From: a virus
Lineage: Duplodnaviria > Caudoviricetes
Length of the DNA stretch: 59,377 nt
Strand: one strand, 5' to 3'
IMG/VR virus record: IMGVR_UViG_3300044949_001207
Coordinates: 1-59,377 of that record
Below are positions 52,960 through 59,377 of the stretch, one piece after another. Position numbers and translations under genes: made by a program. Below the pieces are notes generated by a model that was not told the DNA's origin, did not search any database, and saw nothing but the letters and a program-made list of their open reading frames with translations. How positions within the stretch are numbered: position 1 is the stretch's first letter; every line of letters starts with the position of its first letter.

Positions 52960-55602
52960 TTAGCCAGCGTTCATCTTTGGAACGCCAGAGATTTCCCTTG
53001 GCCTGCTCGAACCTCCATCCCACAGGCGGAAGATGTCGGTGGCCTTCTTGCCCCAGTGCTCCCTGGATCGCCTGAGCTGCTCCCAGTAATCCTCGTCCTC
53101 CGCCTTCACAGGCGAATTGTCGGGGCGGGGGAGCAAGTACGGGCTGTTTTCCGGAGGGGCGACCATTCCATGGACACCCTGTGCAAGGTTTCCAGATTCA
53201 AGGGCCAGCATGCCTGGGCCGTAGGCAAGGTCTTCACTGACCTCTTCACCGATTGCATGCCGCACCGGCTGACCAAACGCCCTAGCTCCCGCCAGCACCG
53301 CTGTCGCGGCATATGGATCAGAGGCGATCCCCTGTGGTGTCTCCGACAGCGTCTGCATCCAGGGCGGTGTATAGGCCCGCTTCTTGCCGTGAATTTCCTG
53401 CATGGCCGGTGCGACGTTGGCAGCAGTCCACCCTGTCATCGCGTTGTTCAAATCCTTCCGGTCACGCAGCAGGCCGCGGAATTCGTCGCGGGTCATGTTG
53501 CCTGGGATGACGGGGGTGACGCCATCGGCCCGGTTGGCGAGGTCTGTCTGCATGGCGAACGGCTTCAGCACCCCAGCCGGGCCGTCCTTGCTGACCGCCT
53601 CAGGCACAAGCGACAGCGTTGTCCCGATATTGCTGGCCCATGGGGTGATGGCACCGGCGATATTCCTGCCCGCCGGGTAGGCCGGGTTGTACATCCGCTT
53701 GAAGAACCCGTTCCAGGTGCGCGGGTCGTACTGCTCAGACGTTCTGCCGCTCACCACAGCGGGAGGAGTGTCATCCGTTTGCGAATCGCGAACGATTCCG
53801 TTCCTGTTCGCGCCCCACTTCTCCAGGGCCATGTTGATCCGGCCCAGCGGGGCGCTTTTGTTGGTGAGATCGTAGAACCGATCCGTCGCGCCGCCGAGGC
53901 CTGGGGTGTCAAACGCACCGGCCACAAGATTTCCTATAGCCTGGGTGGTGGTAACGCCAGAAGGCGTGTGCTCGCCGTCCTGCAGGGCTGATGCCAGCTC
54001 ATAAACAGCCTGGCGACGGTGGTTGTTTTCACCACCTGGGGTCAGCATGAAGTTGGCCTGGTCACCATTCTTCTGCTTCAGTGCGTCAAACTCCGCCTGC
54101 GTCCTGGCTGGATCGTCCTCGAACTCTCCGCCAGGCGTCCCCGACTTGATAGCCCCCAGCAGTGTGTTCACCGCACCCTGAATGTACGGGTTTCCTCTGG
54201 GATGGGTCGATCCTGTGAGCGCGGCGTGGACATCCGCCTGCACTTGCTCTGCATTCTGGAAATACTTGATCTGCTGCTTGGCTTCTTCGTCATTCGGGTT
54301 CAGTGCCAAGGCCACAATCGCCTGCCGCTGCATGACCCAAGGCAGGCCGGTCAGCATCTGCCGCATCGTCATGTCCCCGCCCTCGTAGCCGGGGAAGAAC
54401 TGCGGCCACTTGTCGCCCTTCGGCAGATTGGCGGCTACGAACTTCTCCGGAATGGAGGGAACGTCGAGAGCTTGGTTCACGGCATCGACATAGGCGTTGT
54501 GCTCCTTGCCGCCGTACCCATAGGACGGCACTGTCTCCCAGTTTTTCCACTCATCTGGGCTGATGGACATGGAGAAATCGAACCACCCCTGTGGACTTGC
54601 GCCTTCCGGAGGCGGAACGGGCCTGGTTTTGCCAATAGTGGCCGACTCAGTGGCAAGCGGCTGTCCAGCAGTGGCGACCGCCGAAGCACCTCCCGCAGCC
54701 AGTGCCGGGATCAGCCAATTGTAGATCGGCCCGGCGGGGAGCTTCAGAGGCCACCGCACCTTGTTCGTGCCAACGCTCACCGACCCGCCGTCAATCACGA
54801 CGGGACGCCACTCTTCTCCAGGGAGCATTCCCCAGTTGCCGTCGTGATCGTCGTGCCAATCGAATCCCTGCTTCTGCAGCCCAAACCGCAGGCCCATTTT
54901 GTCGGCGTTCGTCCCCTGGCCGAGCAGCGCCTTGGGGTAAATGCCAGCGGCCAGCTGCCCAGGAAGGTCTGCCGAGCGCGGAACCTGGACATCCTCAGCC
55001 ACCCGCGGCGTCAAGATGCCCCAGACATCCCGCATGGTCGTTGGGTATTGGCTCTTCCCGTCCAGCGTCAGCTTCACAATTTCATTTGTGTCGGGAGAAA
55101 CGAACGCCGTGGAAAACGCACCCTTCGAGTGCGGGATGAGCCGGTCTGCGGGGATTCCGCTATCCGTCAGAAGTGCATGCAGATCCCGGATCACCCTGTC
55201 CCGGTCAGGGGACTGCATGATTTCCTGGGCGACCTTCGATGGATCTAGCCCATGCCAATCGTTCCGCTTTGCGATGTCGTACCCCCACGGCACACCCCGC
55301 TCCGCGGCAAGACGCAGGGCTTCGTCAAGTGGAACTGTGAACTGGTAAAGCGGTTTGCTGCGATCCGGCACCAGCGGCAGTTCGAGCTGCCGCTCTCCCC
55401 TTGGAGCTTCCGGAACCTCAACCGATTCGAGCGCCGCCCGTATGGAGTCAGGTACGTTTTCGCTGCCGAGCTGACTGCTGCGCGGGAGGTAGTTGCCGGA
55501 AGTCAGCGCAAAGTCGCCGCCGACATTGAGTCGGACGGGATCGCCGCCTGGGGCTTGCTTCTTGATCCAGCTGGGCAGTGACCTAGCCTTCGGTGGTGCC
55601 AT
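52960..55602 (-). CDS. Large protein with protein-kinase-like domain
   Basis: KGAFSTAF (G-loop), IVKL, WHDDHDGNWG (catalytic loop), VVIDGG in N-terminal third. Confidence 0.6.
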   Translation of the reverse strand: MAPPKARSLPSWIKKQAPGGDPVRLNVGGDFALTSGNYLPRSSQLGSENVPDSIRAALESVEVPEAPRGERQLELPLVPDRSKPLYQFTVPLDEALRLAAERGVPWGYDIAKRNDWHGLDPSKVAQEIMQSPDRDRVIRDLHALLTDSGIPADRLIPHSKGAFSTAFVSPDTNEIVKLTLDGKSQYPTTMRDVWGILTPRVAEDVQVPRSADLPGQLAAGIYPKALLGQGTNADKMGLRFGLQKQGFDWHDDHDGNWGMLPGEEWRPVVIDGGSVSVGTNKVRWPLKLPAGPIYNWLIPALAAGGASAVATAGQPLATESATIGKTRPVPPPEGASPQGWFDFSMSISPDEWKNWETVPSYGYGGKEHNAYVDAVNQALDVPSIPEKFVAANLPKGDKWPQFFPGYEGGDMTMRQMLTGLPWVMQRQAIVALALNPNDEEAKQQIKYFQNAEQVQADVHAALTGSTHPRGNPYIQGAVNTLLGAIKSGTPGGEFEDDPARTQAEFDALKQKNGDQANFMLTPGGENNHRRQAVYELASALQDGEHTPSGVTTTQAIGNLVAGAFDTPGLGGATDRFYDLTNKSAPLGRINMALEKWGANRNGIVRDSQTDDTPPAVVSGRTSEQYDPRTWNGFFKRMYNPAYPAGRNIAGAITPWASNIGTTLSLVPEAVSKDGPAGVLKPFAMQTDLANRADGVTPVIPGNMTRDEFRGLLRDRKDLNNAMTGWTAANVAPAMQEIHGKKRAYTPPWMQTLSETPQGIASDPYAATAVLAGARAFGQPVRHAIGEEVSEDLAYGPGMLALESGNLAQGVHGMVAPPENSPYLLPRPDNSPVKAEDEDYWEQLRRSREHWGKKATDIFRLWDGGSSRPREISGVPKMNAG

Positions 55603-55969
55603 TTATCCACTTCCTTCGCCAGATTCGGACGCGACCCTTGTGCTCCTTCCGCCGCCGCCACCACTTCAGCATCTGGTCGATAATGACGGGGAGGAGCAGC
55701 TGGAGTGCGATAATCCACAGTGAGCCGAATTTCTCGTCGCCGTAGACGAGCTGCAGATGCCTGCGAACGTCCTCCTTGAGCTTCTGAATCAGAGCGGTTT
55801 CCTCGTCGCTGCCAGCCTTGGCGGAGCTGAGCAGCTCGTCGGGCCACTCCTGGACAGCGGCGCTCACGACATCCCGCACAACCTCCCTGCCAGCCATGCT
55901 CCGCTGGAGCGGAAGCCCTGCCCAGATGTAGTCCTGGAACTGAAGAAGGGTCGTTGTGGGGAGGGCCAT
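55583..55969 (-). CDS. Hypothetical protein with hydrophobic segment
   Basis: FGSLWIIALQLLLPVII followed by basic tail. Confidence 0.7.
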   Translation of the reverse strand: MALPTTTLLQFQDYIWAGLPLQRSMAGREVVRDVVSAAVQEWPDELLSSAKAGSDEETALIQKLKEDVRRHLQLVYGDEKFGSLWIIALQLLLPVIIDQMLKWWRRRKEHKGRVRIWRRKWINGTTEG

Positions 55970-55970
55970 G

Positions 55971-56123
55971 TCATTTCCCGCAGTCGCATCCCTTGCAGTT
56001 GGGATCGCCGCAGTCGCAGGCAGCTTGCCCCTTCTCCTTCATCCGCTTGGCCTTCATCTCAACGTAGGCCTCATTGAACTTGTCCTTGAGGCTCTTCGGC
56101 TTGGCCTTGCTCTTCTTCGCCAT
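55971..56123 (-). CDS. 50-aa basic, Cys-rich protein
   Basis: Hand translation MAKKSKAKPK...CDCGDPNCKGCDCGK; GGAG SD. Confidence 0.6.
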   Translation of the reverse strand: MAKKSKAKPKSLKDKFNEAYVEMKAKRMKEKGQAACDCGDPNCKGCDCGK

Positions 56124-56265
56124 GGGTATCTCCGCCCTGGTGGTGATGGGTGGTCAGCCTGTTTATGGACACGAAAAGGGCCGGTAGGCGGCTCCGCCAC
56201 CCCCGGCCCAATCGCTGCAGCGAATTGCTAGTGTCTTGCCGCTGGCAACTCCGGTGCCAGCCGGA

Positions 56266-56526
56266 TTAGTGCGACAGGTCGCTCATGAAGCGAACTGCGA
56301 TGTATGTCCCCAGGAATGCACCGCATGCCAGCGGAACCAAATACCAGGGGTTGTCCAGGTAGGTCATCACCCCATACGCGCCCAGGCTGTACAGGGCCGA
56401 GCTGATCGCACTGGCCTGCACAGCCTGCTTCCTGGCTACGCACAGCACATAGAGGGCGTAGAGAACGTCGAAGACCACATAGACGCAAAAGACGGTCGCC
56501 GCCTGCAACAGGCTGAAATCGCTCAT
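56266..56526 (-). CDS. Small 3-TM membrane protein
   Basis: Three hydrophobic spans; GAFLGTY. Confidence 0.75.
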   Translation of the reverse strand: MSDFSLLQAATVFCVYVVFDVLYALYVLCVARKQAVQASAISSALYSLGAYGVMTYLDNPWYLVPLACGAFLGTYIAVRFMSDLSH

Positions 56527-56768
56527 CGGAACTTCCTCCGGTGGGGCTTCAGAAACGGAACACCGTCCAGCTCAGGGTCTGGGCCATGGTAGTGCCAGAC
56601 CACAACCGACCGCCGCGTCTTCTCGTCCACTATCTCGACCCGCTTGTAGTAGTGCTCGTCGTAGGGCGACTTCCTCGCCCGAATGCAAAACCAGCAGCTG
56701 TCGCTGTCCTCGACCCTCGCACCGTCCACAGGCCCGCCCAGGCACTCAAGCTTCTTGAGCCGCGTCAC
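56523..56768 (-). CDS. Hypothetical protein (GGPVDG motif)
   Basis: AGGAG SD; GTG start. Confidence 0.6.
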   Translation of the reverse strand: MTRLKKLECLGGPVDGARVEDSDSCWFCIRARKSPYDEHYYKRVEIVDEKTRRSVVVWHYHGPDPELDGVPFLKPHRRKFR

Positions 56769-57090
56769 TGGCAGTCTCCTGGATGCTCTGGCTGGCAATG
56801 GCATCCGCCCAGCCCATGCGATACGCCCGCTCCGTACCGGCAATAGCCCTCCAGGCCGGGGAGGCCCACAGCTCCTCCTCCTCGCCCTCAGCGGCTTCGT
56901 CAGGGCCGAGCATCGCACAGTGCAGGAAGAAGGCCCGCATCGCCAGATAGTGCGTCGGGTACTGGAATTCATTGCCGTACTCGCCGTCGATGAACGACCT
57001 GGCCCGCTCGACCTCCTCTTTCGTCCAGCCCATCTGCTGGCAGGCGGAGACCCACTCGCCAACAAGCCGCTCGAACCATGCATTGCTCAT
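56746..57090 (-). CDS. Hypothetical protein
   Basis: GGGAGG SD; first gene of - strand late block. Confidence 0.65.
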   Translation of the reverse strand: MSNAWFERLVGEWVSACQQMGWTKEEVERARSFIDGEYGNEFQYPTHYLAMRAFFLHCAMLGPDEAAEGEEEELWASPAWRAIAGTERAYRMGWADAIASQSIQETASDAAQEA

Positions 57091-57185
57091 CAGATCCTCC
57101 CTTCGAGCAGCGTTATGCAGCTCACGAATCTGATTGTCAGAGCCGGTCAAGAGATGCATCGACCCCTTTGCGATTTCAGAAAAAA

Positions 57186-57220
57186 TCCAGGAGCGGCACA
57201 TATATATATGTGTTCCAGGA
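57186..57220. promoter_or_regulatory. AT-rich 16-bp palindrome flanked by TCCAGGA direct repeats
   Basis: CACATATATATATGTG at 57197..57212; TCCAGGA at 57186 and 57214; lies at strand divergence point. Confidence 0.5.
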
Positions 57221-57568
57221 ATTGGGGGGCCGGGGCTTCGGGCCTGCCGCCACCCGCCGCAACTCCAGCCGCCGCCGCCGGTTGCGACGGTGCCGGTGGA
57301 GCCGCATGCCCCCTCGACCCGCGCACGCCCGCGACGGTCGTGTGCCGCCCCTCCGGATTTCCGGCAACGACTCTTCTGCGCTTCTCTTCGCGCGCTGACG
57401 GCGGCTGACCCGTCTGCGGATTTCCGGCAACGCCCAGTGTCGGCGGTTCAACCCGCCGCGGATTTCCGGCAACGGTGATTCGGCAGCGGTCAACGGAGAC
57501 CGCAACGGATTTCCGGCAACGGTGATTCGACAGCGGCACACGCCGCACAACTCAACGGGAGACATGTC

Positions 57569-57658
57569 ATGTCCGTTCGTCAAGTCTGGCAGGCGCTGGT
57601 TGCTCTTGGATTCTCCAACTCTGAGGCCTTTGTGCTGGCGCTGAAGTACGCGGGCTAA
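57569..57658 (+). CDS. 29-aa micropeptide
   Basis: GGGAG SD; MSVRQVWQALVALGFSNSEAFVLALKYAG; fills one repeat-bounded unit. Confidence 0.5.
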   Translation: MSVRQVWQALVALGFSNSEAFVLALKYAG

Positions 57659-57780
57659 GCCCCTGCGGATTTCCGGCAACGACACACATCAAGGGGTCGG
57701 ATAGGCCACATGACGGTTCGAGTCCGTCGCCCCTACTTCCTGCGGTTTTCCGGCAACGGAGCGTACCTGGAGCAACCACA

Positions 57781-58695
57781 ATGCAAACCACAATTCGGCG
57801 GCGGCGGCGGAAGTCGCCGGGGGATACGACAGCGTACCCCTATGTGGTCGAACGATTCGACTACAGGGTGGTTGTCCACTCGAAACACAAGGCTACGGTC
57901 TACGACTTGCGGGGCGGGGATACACGAATCCTCCCGCACGAAGTGACGGTCGCCAAACTGCTGGGCGAGGGCGACCTCAACCCTAAGACGGCGAAGAACG
58001 AAGTCGCCACTATGGGGCTGTCGCTCTACCCTGCGGACGGTGCGGGGGTCGGGAATGTCTGCCCCCTGTCGAAGTGGTGCCGTGTGCCATGTCTGGCACA
58101 TCAGGGGCAAGGGCCGGTGCCGTCCGTCAAGGCGGCGAGGGTGGCGAAGACGGTGTTGTTCAACGTAGTGAGGGATTGGTTTCTCGCCAAACTGAACCGG
58201 GAGTTGACCCGATTCCGACAGCGGGTGCCTGTCGACATGGTGGCCGGGGTGCGCCTGAACATGTTCAGTGACCTACGGTGGGAAGAATACGGGGTCATCG
58301 ACGCCCACCCCGACATAGCATTCTACGACTACACCAAACTGCCAGACCGGGCGGGGCAACTGCGCCCCAACTATTGGGTGACGTTCAGTTACGACGGCCA
58401 CAATTGGGCGGACGCTGAGCGCATCCTGCAGGCCGGGGGCAACGTATCGGTCGTGTTTTACAACGACACCGACAGGCCCGTATGCGGCAAAGCCGCGCAC
58501 CGTCAAACCCTGCCGGATTCGTGGCGCAAGTATCGGGTCATCGACGGCGGGAAAAGCGATTGGCGACCGGGCGATCCGCGCGGGGTCATCGTCGGCCTGC
58601 GACTACTCGCACGCACCTACGCTTCGCGGCAGTCTGCAATCGACAGCGGGTTCGGGGTGCTGGCCGATGGATGCCAAATGGCGGCGGCTGCCTGA
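57781..58695 (+). CDS. Gp88-like protein
   Basis: VCP....C...CL, VRLN..SD, FYDYTK, NY.VTFS, GGNVSVVF, VIDG..SD.R..DP..VIVGL; stop abuts repeat. Confidence 0.7.
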   Translation: MQTTIRRRRRKSPGDTTAYPYVVERFDYRVVVHSKHKATVYDLRGGDTRILPHEVTVAKLLGEGDLNPKTAKNEVATMGLSLYPADGAGVGNVCPLSKWCRVPCLAHQGQGPVPSVKAARVAKTVLFNVVRDWFLAKLNRELTRFRQRVPVDMVAGVRLNMFSDLRWEEYGVIDAHPDIAFYDYTKLPDRAGQLRPNYWVTFSYDGHNWADAERILQAGGNVSVVFYNDTDRPVCGKAAHRQTLPDSWRKYRVIDGGKSDWRPGDPRGVIVGLRLLARTYASRQSAIDSGFGVLADGCQMAAAA

Positions 58696-58736
58696 GCGGA
58701 TTTCCGGCAACTACCTACAGAAGGGGACACACGACC

Positions 58737-59039
58737 ATGGACTACTATCCGGACGAACATGGGGCAACCTGTATCTGCCCAGACATGCCGCGTCGGCGGT
58801 TCGAGGCCAACGCTGAGGCTATCCGCCAACGGCACGGCTTCCTGACCAAGTCAGACCTGGCAGACATCGTCGGCTTTGACCGGCTGCGCAAGGTGCTGGT
58901 GCGGTGCGGCGGCTGTCGGTTCGTGGCAGCGGCGCAGGATGTCGCCCACCTGATGCGGTGCATTGAGGCGGGCGGGGACTATGTCCGTGATGTGTCGCTG
59001 CCTGTGGGCGACCCGATCTACACCGGCCACCGATCCTGA
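58737..59039 (+). CDS. Hypothetical protein
   Basis: AGGGGA SD after repeat 58696; its 3' end is also seen at 1..93. Confidence 0.7.
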   Translation: MDYYPDEHGATCICPDMPRRRFEANAEAIRQRHGFLTKSDLADIVGFDRLRKVLVRCGGCRFVAAAQDVAHLMRCIEAGGDYVRDVSLPVGDPIYTGHRS

Positions 59040-59078
59040 GGCTTCGCGGATTTCCGGCAACACACAGTGGAGGGACAA

Positions 59079-59303
59079 GTGGAAACCATCAACGCTGAAG
59101 ACCTGGGGAAACGCGCCGCCACCGGCAGTAATGAGCTGCTGGTCAGCATGCCTGACCTTCACCTGTTGTCCGAAATCGCGCGGCTGACCAAGTCGGTTGC
59201 AAGTTTCGGCGGCGCGGTGCTGCTGGCAGCGTACCAGGAGGAAGCACGGCGGCGCGGGTTCAAGGTGATTCGTGAACTGCGGATTTCCGGCAACACACAG
59301 TGA
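59079..59303 (+). CDS. Hypothetical protein on the variable cassette
   Basis: GGAGGG SD and GTG start; reads through closing repeat (RISGNTQ-stop). Confidence 0.6.
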   Translation: METINAEDLGKRAATGSNELLVSMPDLHLLSEIARLTKSVASFGGAVLLAAYQEEARRRGFKVIRELRISGNTQ

Positions 59304-59377
59304 GGAGACAACCCATGGCAACGCCATTGCCAACACACATCACGACATGCCCAGACTTCAAGACCGACCACCTCCGC

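Larger units (their letters stand above)
57353..59294 (+). repeat. Same 16-bp repeat, 9 copies
   Basis: Starts at 57353 (C at pos 1), 57416, 57458, 57505 (A at pos 1), 57665, 57742 (GCGGTTTTCCGGCAAC), 58696, 59046, 59279. Confidence 0.97.

Noticed and set aside
57353-57757. CRISPR mini-array
   Set aside because: Repeat is only 16 bp, spacers range from 26 to 144 nt and are hairpins or ORFs, the same repeat flanks genes elsewhere, and no cas genes are present

Overview
The window reads as an essentially complete, circularly assembled GC-rich dsDNA tailed-phage genome. The circle is 59,179 bp with, or 58,946 bp without, a 233-bp variable cassette. Architecture is podovirus-like: portal, terminase, capsid, adaptor, nozzle-like protein and ejection-like proteins, with no tape measure or tail tube seen. 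A Planctomycetota host is a tentative inference from protein styles only. There are three transcription blocks: (i) a + strand accessory region from ~57.35 kb through the window end/start to 10.9 kb with about 35 small genes; (ii) a - strand recombination/replication/lysis-like block at 21.3-10.9 kb, beside a divergent tyrosine recombinase; (iii) a - strand morphogenesis block at 57.1-22.3 kb. The most striking structure is in block (i). A 16-bp motif GCGGATTTCCGGCAAC occurs 25 times in the window, always on the + strand and only in this block, punctuating it into repeat-RBS-ORF (or repeat-structured RNA) cassettes, and the block ends in a serine recombinase. The two contig ends capture two alleles that differ by exactly one repeat-bounded cassette, which suggests the array gains or loses units. 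Other highlights: a second 15-bp SD/stop/start junction motif; a ~200-nt highly paired RNA-like cassette; an attP-like 3' half-tRNA(CAT) embedded in-frame in the exonuclease gene beside the integrase; a shared MSDIIR N-terminus on tandem small late genes; and a kinase-like domain in a large late protein. All functional calls come from motif recognition by eye, with no database searches.
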